NCBI GenBank assembly: GCA_047495785.1
Contig: JBLDXI010000026.1
Span: 620,001-684,000, forward strand
Source of the DNA: Lepidodermella squamata
Lineage: Eukaryota > Animalia > Gastrotricha
Direction of reading: 5' to 3'
Length of the DNA: 64,000 bases
Below, piece after piece: positions 1 to 12,515 of this stretch. The notes under the pieces are model-generated. The model saw nothing but the letters and a program-made list of their open reading frames with translations, had not been told where the DNA came from and ran no database searches. A program made the translations under genes and the position numbers. Each line of letters begins with the position of its first letter. Position 1 is the stretch's first letter.

Positions 1-1033
1 GTTCGTGCGATATTGTGGACGAAAGCTGTAAAATTCGCCCTGGTAATGTTGTATATCGTCTTCCTGACTTGACAACAGCCAAGCTTGCTGTTACATTTCG
101 ATATTTACAGACACTTTGACGGCGCGTAATGCCGATAATATTAAGTTGCTTATCAAATCGAGGATGCAAATGTTTGAATAAAATTACGTAATCAAAACTT
201 TTAGAGTAGTTGAAATCTGACCAGATATTCTCCTTCACGTAAGCTATGTCGCTATCAATGTCCCAAGCCGTGTCGTTGTACGAGGATTCATTAAGTATTT
301 TAATTAGAGGTAAGTAAATCAAAACGTTATTTTGAGACCAAACCAAGTTGACATAATTGAAGATGTTTGATATCACTGAAAAAGTATGATCTACATTTGA
401 CTCGAAAATTGTTGTAAAGGCGCTTGCTGTTACGAGAGCAAGAACTCGTAAGTGATACCATTGGCGATGTTGAATATCCCTCGTTAGCTCATGTATCCAT
501 TCATAATTCAAAGATAACAATGTGGGATCTGTAAAAACTTGTTTAATGTCTGAATGATTTTGATATTCGCCAAGCATCGAAAAATTCCACAACTTTGCGT
601 CACCACCCTCCATGGAAATGATAGCTTTATCGCCTGGTAACCAAACCAGCCCAGATGTGAAGCCAGGGCAAAAGCTGAACATGCATTTGGTCAGGTGGGA
701 AGATGTTTCAAAAGAGGCTATGCCGTTGTATTGACAGGATTTGTAGGTCCCTATGGTGCCTTCGAAATCGATGCTGAAGTTAAGTGGAATAAATCGCCGG
801 TTTATTGCCAACTCACATCGGCCACTCTGGTCAGTTTTAGGAATGACAAAATTGACAACCAGCGTGTTGGGATTTTCCTCCTCAGTTGCGAGAATCCGGC
901 TCTTACTATTCAAAGGCTTCGTCACAGTAACACGGCCAGGACCAAGAGGTTTCTCGTGCCATGTACCAAAGCCATTGAGCTCTTGGTATGACAGCTTCAA
1001 ATGCATGAGCAAAATTGTTGCAAGGAGGAGCAT
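1..1033 (-). CDS. Secreted M12B (reprolysin/ADAM-like) zinc metalloprotease, partial; runs off the left window edge
   Basis: Not in the ORF track because it has no stop in the window. Manual translation from ATG 1033 gives 344 open codons: signal-like MLLLATILLMHLKLSYQ, prodomain-like CQYNG...SFCPGFTSGLVWL, then YHLRVLALVT, IFNYVNLVWSQNNVLIYL, FDYVILF, IIGITRRQSVC, ending SSTISHE at the edge, consistent with the start of HExxHxxGxxH. Probable 5'UTR intron upstream (GTAAGT near 1099). Confidence 0.8.
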   Translation of the reverse strand, partial: MLLLATILLMHLKLSYQELNGFGTWHEKPLGPGRVTVTKPLNSKSRILATEEENPNTLVVNFVIPKTDQSGRCELAINRRFIPLNFSIDFEGTIGTYKSCQYNGIASFETSSHLTKCMFSFCPGFTSGLVWLPGDKAIISMEGGDAKLWNFSMLGEYQNHSDIKQVFTDPTLLSLNYEWIHELTRDIQHRQWYHLRVLALVTASAFTTIFESNVDHTFSVISNIFNYVNLVWSQNNVLIYLPLIKILNESSYNDTAWDIDSDIAYVKENIWSDFNYSKSFDYVILFKHLHPRFDKQLNIIGITRRQSVCKYRNVTASLAVVKSGRRYTTLPGRILQLSSTISHE

Positions 1034-1555
1034 TAATTTCTTAAATCAAACAACAAAGTTTGATTTGTCGGTGGTGATCTAAGCAGCTGAAATACTTACA
1101 GATCAAGTCACATTCAATCAACTCACGAGATAGGTAAAAAGATGTGAATTTCTCAAGGATCTTTAAGGAGGAAGTTTTTACTGAGTTAAAGCGAACTGCA
1201 TCGCAAGTCAATATTGTTGCCATCGATTTCGTTGCGGCTGGAGGTAGTTTCACAGGGCCATGGAACTACGTCGGTGGCAGTCGTTTCGCTCAAATAGCGA
1301 TAGGACTGGCGTCGTTCTAATTCTTTTCGTTAATGAATAATCAGGCATTTTCCAAAAAGTCTACTGGTTTGTACTTGAATCCAACCCGACCATATGGGAC
1401 AGCTATTGTTAGATTATTGGGTCCCCCTATTATAGGAACCAAATGTTCAATGAGCGGATCCTAAATTGCTGTTGCGAACCCAAGTTTTGGAATATTCATT
1501 GGGCCTGAAACCAATTTGGTGGACTTCCAAGGATGTCAGCCATTTTATTGTACGG

Positions 1556-1770
1556 CGACAAAACCGCGACAAAGCCGATTAGCGCGAACAGCGAATGCGA
1601 CACAACAGCAACTTTTTTATTTCGCGACAAAACCGCAACCTAGCAGAACAGCGAATGCGACAAGACAGCAACTTTTTTTATTTCGCGACAAAACCGCAAC
1701 CTAGCAGAACAGCGAATGCGACAAAACAGCAACTTCGCAGAACAGCGAATGTGCGACAAAACAGCGAAAA
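1556..1770. repeat. Tandem repeat, about 61-bp unit, about 3.5 copies
   Basis: Unit CGACAAAACCGCAACCTAGCAGAACAGCGAATGCGACA..ACAGCAACTTTTTT.TTTCG starting at 1556 (degenerate), 1625 and 1686, then a partial copy. Confidence 0.9.
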
Positions 1771-2225
1771 CCTACCATGTAAAAGGTGCATCTTGTTTCT
1801 GCTGATAGTTTGCAAATTGGAAATGCTGCTGTTTTCTCGTTGTTGCTGTTTTGAGTATTTGCTGTTATGACGGTCTGCCATTTATAGACCATGGAAATTC
1901 TAAAAAATTATTTTCACATTCAGCGTGAAAATCTGTTAACTTTTCAGGAAATCATACACGTTCCCTAAAATTGTCATGATTATTCTAAAATCAATATTCG
2001 GCATGTAGGTTCCGCTCCAGAAAATTACGGCTATAGATCAACCTTCTCCCACGAGATGGACTCATCCTCCCCACTCGAGTTAGTCGCTGGGATACAAAAT
2101 CTTCATCCCAGTGTGCACCCAAGTCGCACTACTCATCTCGAAAACAAACACAGCTTCATCCTCCTGTCAACGAATAAGGCGTAGCGCACGAAACCACTCA
2201 TGCGTGAAACTTAGCACCTAGAAAA

Positions 2226-4371
2226 ATGTTCAACTTCCTGGTCTATTGTGGCCTGCTGTCAATTTTTCATCACGCTCAAGCCGACCATGTAACAATCGGC
2301 TTCAACGCAACAATTGATTGCGGCCGTCCGCCAAATCCTGGGCCTTGCCGCGAATATTTGCCGCTCTACTACTATAACAAAACTCGAGGTGAATGCCGGA
2401 CGTTTTGGTTCGGCGGCTGTGGCGGGAATCTAAATCGCTTCACGGAGGAAGCCGACTGTCTAGCCGCGTGCTACGACCCTAAACTGCCTGGAGCTTACGA
2501 AAGGCTGCAACGAGCACTTTGGAAGCAGCAACTTCAAAATCCGATCGATGGACCTGAAACAGGCAGTGGTTTCCTGCTGCCACCAGATGTAGCAAAATTG
2601 GATCCGATATGCCGTTTGCCGCTTATAACGGGTTGCTACGATAAAGAAATCGCTAGTGTGACGAAATTTTACTTTGACACGCGACTTGGCCGCTGTTTAC
2701 CGGCCCGGTTTTGTGACGAAGAGCAGCGGCTTTTAAATCGAAATCAGTTCAGGAATTATGAAGCATGCAGAAGAAATTGCATGCCGGAAACTTACTTGAA
2801 CGAGGTTTGCTTCAAATTCTCTCGAAATATTGCGTACCCTGAAATAATTTTTCCAAAATTTGATTTGACCGTTATAACGAGTGAAAAGCGGGGTTTGGCA
2901 AATTTTCTGCTGTATTTTCCAGCAAATAGCAAAAAGTGTGTTGCCGTGAAGAGGGATGATTTTTGGATATCTACTAAGTATTTCTTGAGGAATTTTAAAA
3001 TTCGAACCTCCAGGTCCCATCCACCTCAAAAGACGAAAGGCCCCAAAGTGTCGCCTAAAAAGCTTATTGATTTAGTTTGACAAGGAAGCACTAGCTTCAT
3101 TCCAATAACATTTTTGAATATCTAGTAAGATTCCTCACCTCAGGTTACCCTAATAATCCACCTCGACTGCGCATAAGAAAATAGCGTCACAATTTATTGC
3201 GCGGTGAATTATTAATTGATGCAATAAAAAAGTTCAATTTTTTAAGCTCGCATTTTTTTCAAAATGAGCAAGTGACATCAAAACCCTACGATGTCAAACA
3301 TTCAGCCAAACCCCACTTCTCACTTTTTAACGGTCAATTGAAATACCTAAATTTGATATAATTTAATTTAAAGTGTGAAGGCTAGATCTCCAGTTAGCAG
3401 AGCCAAATTCTCACTATTAATTAGGTATATTATTATTTTTTATTTAATTCAATTTATTCATTTTTACCAATTTAGCGAATTCGATTTCGACCAATATTGC
3501 GGGCCTGATCAAAATGTGCTCTGCAACATGCAATTAAGGGCTCCCCAAAAATTTAATAGGTTAAGGTACCTCATCTCAATTTTTCGCTTTTCGTACCCAC
3601 ATATAGTAAAAAATGCGCGAGATGTGGGTAGCAAGGGATGAGAAATGCATCATTTTCGATTAGAACATTCGAAATCGCAAAAAATCAGGTACATTTTTGC
3701 GCTAATCGTAGTGCGGCATTTCAGCCAACGACAACTCAGCAATGACATTTCAGCTGAAGATTCGATTTAGGCTACAAAACTTTTGATTTTTTTTCCCCAA
3801 TTTTGTCTACAAAGTTTAATAGGTATTTCAATTTTAATCAAATATTTTTTATTTTTCGACCAACAATATTTTTCTCAATTTTATTTTTTTATTGACGCTG
3901 TTCGCTTCTCACGAAAAGTATAAATATATATGTTTATCTTCTAATTTACCAATATAGCCCAAGCTGATTAGAGGGCAAATTCTGCCGACACCGAGACCAA
4001 CACAAACAACGTCTGTAGCCGAAAAGAAATCTGACAAAGGCGTACCAGGTATCGAATGGGTGACAATGAAGCTATTCCCAAGCGACACCTACGACAAGCA
4101 AAATGCAGGACACGACGCGTCAGACGACCGGCTATTTGTTCGCTACCTCGACAAATACCGCAAATTGATGAACGGAATATGCGCGGGAGTGCCTTTCGAG
4201 TCGATGAACGTCGCGAATGAGGAGGAGTGCGCGCGGTTTTGCGACGCATTCCCACGCACCCGATGCACCTGGTTCACCCTAAATGCCGGCCTGTGCTACC
4301 TTAAAACGGCCTGCGAAGAGCGAACATTCGACGATGATGACAGTATTCAATCATATCAGCGAATTATTTAA
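2226..4371 (+). CDS. G1: signal peptide + canonical Kunitz (P1 Arg) + long-loop Kunitz-like + PAN/Apple
   Basis: Exons 2226-2804 and 3958-4371 (phase-0 GT-AG join keeps the frame). CGRPPNPGPCREY...FGGCGGNLNRF...CLAAC; CRLPLITGC...CRRNC; PAN ICAG...EECARFC...CTWFTL...CYLKTAC. Confidence 0.85.
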
Positions 4372-5418
4372 AAACAAAATATTCGCTTAAATCGATCTTT
4401 CATTAAAAAATGTAATTAAGTGAGAAAAAAGTGTAATGTTTATTATCACGCAGTTTTATATTGAAAGGCACTAGCTATAAACATATTAGTATCAATGGTA
4501 TTATTTTTTTTAAATAAAAATGGATAAATATTTGTATTAACGGTTTTTTGTCGCGGTTGCTAACAGCAATAAATGCCACCTTGTCACGCGCGACGTAACA
4601 ATAATTACGCTCTTTAGCTTTTACCACAGCTGCCATTTTTCCATCATAGGTGTTTTTGTGTTAGCTTCACTTTACAACTTTTTTTGCGCTCGTCACTTAA
4701 ACGCGCATATATATACAACATTCGTGTCATACTGCGAGAGGGCTTTTTTGAATTTCAACGATAAAATAATTATTATAAATAATAATAATGAAATTACCAA
4801 CAACAACGCACCCTTTTAGGTAAATGTTTGGAAGCAACGCGAATTTAATAGTATTGCATATATAAAATAATAATAATAAAAGAAGAGTAAATGATTTGAA
4901 TTCCATTACATTTATTTTATTATCAAATAGCCATTAGGCATGGCGTGTTATACTTTCACCTATCATGCCTCTATGTTAAGAAGGAAAAAATTTCGGCAAC
5001 AAATGGCTGTTTTGTATAAACGTGTACTCAAGATAGAGCTGTCAAAAAAGTTTCGTCTCTTAACTTTGAAATTTCCACGCACTCTGCGCGCGCACAAAAA
5101 TGGCGCCACGAGCCTGATGCAACAGGTAATATATGCGTTTTTGATTGATCTGTTTATAATATTAATATGCCTTATTAAGTGAGGCCAGATAAGTATCGCT
5201 AACAGCCGCCTCTTGTTACCTGTACACACGAAAGCAATGCCGTGCACGCGCCACTTGATGCCCGGCCCACGTTAGCCACCCTAAATCACGCTACGCTGGT
5301 CATTATCGCCGCTGGATCTACTTTTCTTTTTACATCTTTCTCGCTTCTTATATTGTCTTGTAATTTTCAAATTATAGGGTCAAATTATTTTGCTATTTAA
5401 AAATAATTTGACGCTGAC

Positions 5419-8076
5419 ATGGCACGCGGCCAACAGTCGGCGATATTCGGATTGGCTATAGCTACGGTAATATGACCTATTTTTATCGCTAATTTTATTG
5501 CCATAGGATTCGCCATCATTTAGAAAAAAGTTCAATTAAATCATCCTATATAGGCAAAATTTCGTATTGCCATTTTGAATACTCAATTTTTCCTAATTTA
5601 TTTTAGAACTATTAATTAATAAATTATTAATTTTTCATCATTTTTTAATTTTTTTAGAATTTTTTCAATATTTTTTAGGAATATCTATATTTTTCCGATT
5701 TCTGATTTGTGATGCTGAATTTTCTAGTTATTTTTATCGACCGCCATCGCCCAGACCGAAAATCCGAAATGTTCCGGTCCTCCCGACCAAGGCCCATGTA
5801 CAAGCTTCTCGACGAAATTTTACTACGACACGCGGGAGCGGAAGTGCAAAAACTTTCGTTACGGCGGTTGCGGCGGGTCGATTGACAATCGCTACGACTC
5901 GATGACCGAGTGCATCCTCGAGTGTTCGAAGGACGAACCGCGCGACTTCCAACTGTACATCTACGACCCTTACGCGCCAACAGCGGCGCCGTCGAGAACG
6001 CCGCGAGTTCTGACGCAGACAACGCAAGAAGCGCCCAAGACAACGCAGCCGCCGGTCAGTGCCGAGTGCAATCAACCGCAACCGTTCAGCGGCTGCATCA
6101 CCCTGTGGGATTTTTACACGTTCAAATTTTACTACGACACCGATTTAAAGACGTGCGCACGTATGAGATTCTGCGCGTATGCCTCGGTTTTCGGCCCGCT
6201 TTTGCCCAGTTATCGCGGGCAGAATTTGTTCAATACCGAGGAGGAGTGCCGTAGTCGGTGTGGTTTGGATGGATCGACGACTAGCTCGGGATCCACGACT
6301 ACAACTGCATCGACTGGTTCGACTACTACTACTACAACTGCTGCGACGACTGAAGCGCCAAAAATTCTCAGTGTTGGTCCCTGGTGGCAAGGCAAAGTCG
6401 CTACTGAGATGAAGCTGTGTAAAGAAATTATTTTTCATTTCATAATTTTTCGTTTTTTTCTTAAGCCGAGAAAATCGCACAGCAATTTCCGCCCGCGCCC
6501 ATATTTGTTTACCATAATTTTTCATTTTTTCAAATTACGGCCTTCGATGTGCGATTTTTCAGGTCTCGGTAAATAGAGACCGGGCTATGACAAAAAAGGC
6601 GACATGAAAAATTAGGTCAAACCACTTGATGAGCGAGACAATTTGACGCGTGCACCTTGTTTTCGCGATAAATAGCTATTGTTAAGCGCTAATTTCAACT
6701 CTCGCAGTTCTGATATCATTATTTTATATTTTTTTGCCTGTTTTTAGAAATGTTGGCTGCATGTTTCAGTGCAATATATTTGGCACCTTTTGTTTTCCTA
6801 TGGCCGTTTTGGCGTGGTCCCGTTTTTTATTAAAAAATAGCTTCAATCCAATTTTTTCATCGTCGTCGTAGACCCCTAAACCCGCAAGTGTAAAGGGTAA
6901 AGGCCTTCAAACCGTGGGGACGTTTCAAAAACAAATTCATTTAGTCATTTGGTCAATTCTTTCATTATAAGGCCTTCATAGCAAAATTGATTTCGCTTCA
7001 CTCGAGTGCATTTGAAAGATGTTACATTCGTATTTCGAAAATTACCGAAAGATTCCAAACGGGTTTTTTCGGGGTTTTTTCGCGAATTTTATTTTTCTTT
7101 GATGAAAGCGTATAGGATAGAAAATGCTTTCTGAGATTTTAGATTCCAAATCCCGAAATATTTTGAATAAATTGAAAACTTAAAGATAGATGCGCAGCTT
7201 GTTAGACCCACCGTTGAACCTGATTTTAAGATTATAAGCAAAGGGTTGGGATTAGGGGTTTAGGTCAGGGTTCATATATCAGTGTGTACAATAAAAAATC
7301 ATCATATTTCACCTAACGAGAGCATGAATTCACTTTCGGCAAATGAATTGGGGTGATTCTTTTTCGTGTATTGAGCGCGAATTCGGATTTATTTTTGAAT
7401 TAGGATACTCACAGGGCCGTTTGAGGGGATTTCACAACCTCAAAACCCAACCCAGAGCGGGTGATTTTTCTAATTATTTTCTAATATTTCAAAATTATTC
7501 TATAATTATTTTATAATTATTCTATAATAGCGAAAACTTACTATTGTTTGTTTATCCTCATTTTTTCTCATTTTTTTTTACCAAAATTAGAAGTAATTTA
7601 TTATGATAATTTTCTCCATTTTTCGGATTCAGTGACCATGCTGGACTTCTATTTGATTTTTTCCCAAAATTAATTCTCTCATTTTAATTCTTTTTCCAGA
7701 CGAGTGGGCTACAAGTCCTCGAACAACGCTCTCACCAGACGCGAATACGCCACCGAGCCCGTTGGCGAAATACCGCAAAGTCGCGTATCAGTGCTACGGC
7801 GAGATAATCGAACGATTCTTAATCAAGGACAGCCTAGAATGCGCGAAATTCTGCGAGCGCTTCCACCTTGTCGAAAAATGTAACTCCTTCTCGCTGACGC
7901 ACGACGGCATGTGCGTTCTACGTCAATATTGCTTGATATTGCCGCGAGGCGGCTACTTGGACGCGGATAACGAGGAGGGCTACTACTACCACAACGGCTA
8001 CTGGCTGCCGACGCAACTTCGAGTCACAACTTCATACGTTCGAGTCGGCGATAGCAATGACGATGACAGAAAATGA
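5419..8076 (+). CDS. G2: signal peptide + canonical Kunitz (P1 Thr) + long-loop Kunitz-like + Thr-rich linker + PAN/Apple
   Basis: Exons 5419-5466, 5728 to about 6370-6391 (phase-1 donor ambiguous, GT or GC), 7700-8076. CSGPPDQGPCTSF...YGGCGGSIDNRY...CILEC; CNQPQPFSGC...CRSRC; PAN QCYGE...ECAKFC...CNSFSL...CVLRQYC; AATAAA at 8176. Confidence 0.85.
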
Positions 8077-8361
8077 TAAGAAAAATGATAGCTGAATATG
8101 CTAGGCTGATATTTTATCCATGACTTTTCTCCCGATTTTTTTATTCGCGTCAAGGAATGCCAAGGAAGAAATGAGAATAAAATTGAAAGAAAATTTGAGT
8201 TTTATTGTTGTCGCCTTTTTTAAATGCGCTAATTTGTTTATTTGTTCCTCGCACCGGTCGCGTTTAAATGTCACCTTTGTTTACACGAGGTGAAAAGAGA
8301 TATTTTAATGTGGATTTAATTATTTAAATTTTTATCTGCAATTAATTCACTGAGTCAAATT

Positions 8362-9884
8362 ATGCTACTATCATATTATTTGTTATTTCCTGCCATTTAC
8401 GGCTTATTCCAGTTAGCTGTGGCTCTTAGGCAAGGGCCTAATGTCAACTTTGGCTATGAAACTTATCCGGGTGATTATCCATATGTGGCACGGTTGGTGG
8501 TTAAATTGCCAGGGTCATATCGGTACAATAACTGTGGCGGTGTGCTGATTCATCAAAGCTGGGTGATCACAACCGCGCATTGCCTTGGATCAACGCGCGA
8601 TAACCGATTCGCAACAGGGTGAGTACATACATTTATTTAGACTACTTTTGCATTATAATTTTATTCCAAATTTATTTTATTTGTTTTTGTTTTAATTTTA
8701 TTTCAATTTTAACTTGGAAAAGGACCGATTTTTCCAGTACCGTAACGCGGGGCAACAATAAAGGGCGGAGCCATATTTTAAAATATTTAATTTCGGAAAA
8801 TTTTGAATTCCTGAACTAGGCAGCAAAGATAATTTTTCAGCGGCCTGCAAATTTGGCTATTCTATGAATTTTTACCTAATTTTTAGGTAATTAAAAGCAT
8901 ATTAGCGAATGAATATTCCAGGGTCATTTGCATGAAACCGCCAAAGTACTAATTAACCTAATTATTCTCAGATTTGTCAAATATTTGCCAAATATCCTTA
9001 GGCTTAATTATGAACAGTTAATTAATTAATTAATTAATTAATACCGGCCGTTTTAAAAAGCCAAAAAATATATTTATTTATTGCCTTATTTTCTACAAAC
9101 CAAAACACAAAATTCTCACCTGCGTTGCAAAGACAAAAGAATCCAAGGTCACCTGTCCTAGATTATCTCGCGTTACGGTTATAAACTATTTTTTTCTAGA
9201 GTTGCAATTTATTTTGCGGATTACGATGCAACAATTTATCCTGAGGAGGACGAATTCATGCAAACTTTTTACTTAGCTTCGAGATTTCGCAATGTCATCA
9301 TTCATCCTCAATATGACCCATCGACGCTCGACTTCAATTTCGCTCTCATCAAATTGCCGAGCCCTGTTCGAAATCTGACCTTGGCAATCCTGCCCAAACC
9401 GTGGACGTGTTCTCGAAATTATTATTTGACAAAATCCGGAATCATCGACAAATGCCAGCGGGTCAAGGCGCTCGGATGGGGCATAACCAGTTAGCGAAAG
9501 TTTTAATTTTAATTTTCAAAATTTTAAATTTCAATTTTAGGCAGTGGCGAATCTTTTGATTCCGATGAATTGATGCAGGAAGTTCCTCTGCGAGTTCACT
9601 CCTTTGTCGATTGTCTGACACACCCTACTAGAATAAATCTTGGCGACTTTAATCCGTCAAAAATTTGCCTCGGCGGCGATTCTTCTTCTGGCCAGGACAG
9701 TTGTGATCGAGATTCTGGCGGGCCGATTATTTGCTCGAATCACCGAGGAAGTGAAGGTTACCTGGTTGGGCTGATTTCTTACGGTGCTAATGGAGCCCAT
9801 TGCGGTACGAGAACGTTTCCAAGTATTGGCGCCAGAATTTGTGCAGCAATGCATTGGATAAACGAAGTCATAACAAAATATTAA
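8362..9884 (+). CDS. G3: secreted trypsin-fold (S1) protein with Asp102->Asn and Gly193->Arg; probable serine-protease homolog
   Basis: Exons 8362-8618, 9200-9489, 9541-9884 (phases 2, 1). Signal peptide, PYVARL, CGGVLI...TTAHC, TLDFNFALIKL (Asn where DIAL Asp is expected), GWG, DSCDRDSGGP, ARICAAMHWI. Confidence 0.9.
8739..9179. mobile_element. Possible degenerate MITE in G3 intron 1
   Basis: 11-bp inverted termini ACCGTAACGCG (8739-8749) and CGCGTTACGGT (9169-9179) bracket most of an intron that is long for this window. No clean target-site duplication. Confidence 0.4.
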
Positions 9885-11541
9885 AATGTAAAATGCATCA
9901 AAGTTTGATAATTTTTATTGCTGTGCATTCGAAAATTGGGACAGAATCAAATAAAATGGATTTTTTAAGGTAATTAAAATAGAATTTCAGCTCATTTGCG
10001 AGACACGAGACACCATATCAGCTAACTTTGAGTTCTGCATGACATGAAAGTACCTATAACTGGCTGGATATATTTGGGTTAATTATTGGCTGTTTTACCT
10101 TTTCTCCGTGATATTATTGATCTCAGTATGCGATGTGGACGTTGCGATATGCAATGGACGTTAAACGAAATGAACGCGTGAGAAAAATCGGCGATATTCT
10201 CATAGAGAAATGGACCTTTTGTCGTTCGTTCCATACGTCCACTGTAAGTCGTAATAACGTAAAAGCTATCAAATTTCTGTGTAAATCCGTTGCGAAATGA
10301 TGCGGAAGTAATTATTATCTTTCACTAAAAATAAAACTTTGACCCCTAATAAGATTTCGGAGTAATTATAGGTAATTCCAGCGACAATGGACGTTTTAAT
10401 CTTAGGTATATTCTTCATTTTCCTCATTTTTGATTAAATGTTCGCTGTGATCATTCAGCAGTATAATCGGATAATGGACGTACGAGGAAAGAATCGGCGA
10501 CATTGCAGAACAGATTCATGGCGAGGAATGGACCTTTCTTGTCAGTGTTCTATACGTCCACTGTATAGCCGTAAATCACGCACACACGTACAAGTTATTG
10601 GATTTCTGTATAAGACATCGGCGAAATAAGTGACACAGAAATAATCAGGTTTCCCTATTGAGCGGATCTTCAAATTTAACCTGATTTTTTTTATTACCGT
10701 GAAGCGCGGTATAATTGCGGTTTGCGGAAGCTGGCTTTCTCGCATAATTTTCCCCGGTCTATTGGCATTTGTCTTCAATAAATTCAAGGCGATTACGGTA
10801 GTAATCGCTTTACAGAAGCAATTACAATCAGTGCGACCTCGTATCTCATGTTGAGAATCTCTAAAATCTTTGCAATTATAATGCAACCCAAAGTCCCAAT
10901 AGTAAAGCCCAATAGTAATCGACTACCTATTAAATTACCCTATATTTAAAAAATCATATAGGGTGATTACAACCCCAGGGTTTCTAAAAGGCATATATCC
11001 GCGCTGGGAAATGGTATAAATTCGGTAAAAATGGATAAATAAAGGTGTCTCGTCTCTCGTCGGGTTGGTTATGAGCTAGGACCCGTTTTATGAGACTGTC
11101 ACCAAACCGCACTAAAATGTCATCAGAATCGATTTGATGCACGAAGTGATCCGTGACCAAACAAAATGCACATACGGGTTGATCTTACCCTGCTCATGAA
11201 CTTGGCCTCTGATAGCGGATTCCTTATCCATTCTCGATATAACCGCTCAGATGTGACATCAGGTAAGGTCACGTGACCTTCAACTTGACACTGGATTTTT
11301 CTCCATTATAACCGTAAGTTATAAATCTAATGGGGCTTTCGAATCCCTGTTTCGAATTGTTTTCTTTATCGAAATAGCGCGTGCAGTTAGAGAAAGAAAA
11401 ATAAAAGAAGTTCACAAAAATATTTGAAGCTTTAATGGGAATACACAATACTAATCTGCACTCTGGTTCGGATTTCACAGCAATTTTTTGCAAAATTCGA
11501 CTCAAATGGCGAATCTTGAAACTTGCGGTGGCCAAAAAATT

Positions 11542-11685
11542 CCGTAGAAGGCGAATTCGATGCGCATCAATTTAATGAGGTGTTTTAAGAAGTTGAAGAA
11601 TTTCAAGCATTCTTTTGCCAATGGGACTCCTCAATTTCTTGAAACTCCTCATTTAATTGATGCGCATCGAATTCGCCTTCTGCGG
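11542..11685. repeat. Near-perfect palindrome / fold-back element (about 144 bp)
   Basis: CCGTAGAAGGCGAATTCGATGCGCATCAATTTAATGAGG pairs with CCTCATTTAATTGATGCGCATCGAATTCGCCTTCTGCGG (2 mismatches in 39), and pairing continues inward. Confidence 0.9.
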
Positions 11686-12515
11686 ACTGCGGAATTCTTT
11701 GGGCACCTTACAGCACTTTACGCTGAATTTAGGGATGATTAATTTTAAATTATGCTGATCAATAATAAAATCCTTGAAAGTGGTTTTAGGTCCATTGAAA
11801 ATTCCAAAATTTGGTTCTGCGAACAGGCAAACAGGTTCCGCTAAAAATTAAGACCCTACAATTTTTGTATCTTTTTCTGGCTCATCAATCTGTTTGAGTC
11901 ACAGGTTTGCTTTATTTCTCTCCAAAATTCAATCGTTCACCTGGCGCCCTTCCACCAGTCAAATTAACAGTTTCAATTGTTGTTTCATATCCTAATTGTG
12001 TGTTTCTCAGCTGTTTTCCATGAATACCTTCACCCATTTTGCATTTTTGAAACAACAAAAGAGAATTTTCTGGATAGCACGCCATACCTTTGCTCTTTTG
12101 GTTAAAAGATAGGTGGTCACCCTTAAGCCTTAAGCTGATAACCGGCTTATTTCAACAGGTCACTATCATCTTCGTAGCTATAGTGGGCGATGGCTAATGC
12201 TATCGTTAATTTAATCATGGAGTAATAATTGTTGAGTAATGATGACCTGAAGAAAACGGCTCTTATACTTATTCTACTGGCCAGCCACTGGTCACCCACA
12301 CTAAGATGATTGTAACGTGTGACTTGAATCTAATTATCCACGAATTTTACGCCTTTTCGCCGCCAGCATACGTATATCAGATGCAATTAAAAATTTGTTT
12401 TCATCTTTTAACCAACAACACGTGCCTGCATTATATTATTGAAAAATTTAGCGTAGAGTAGAATTTTGATTGGCAATCTAATAAAGGCAACAAAAATTTA
12501 CTTCCCGGCGATAAC

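Noticed and set aside
695-1082. Plus-strand ORFs 695..991 and 753..1082
   Set aside because: Antisense shadows of the minus-strand M12B frame; no motifs.
1516-1892. ORFs with repeated peptides, and a possible CRISPR-like array
   Set aside because: They are translations of the 61-bp tandem repeat. Units are contiguous with no unique spacers, the context is eukaryotic and there are no cas genes.
2805-3080. C-terminal tails of ORF-track proteins, for example G1 after NEV and G5 after RIRC
   Set aside because: Read-through into introns past GT donors, not real coding sequence.
7240-7272. Telomere-like GGGATTAGGGGTTTAGG run in the G2 intron
   Set aside because: Too short and irregular to call an interstitial telomere.
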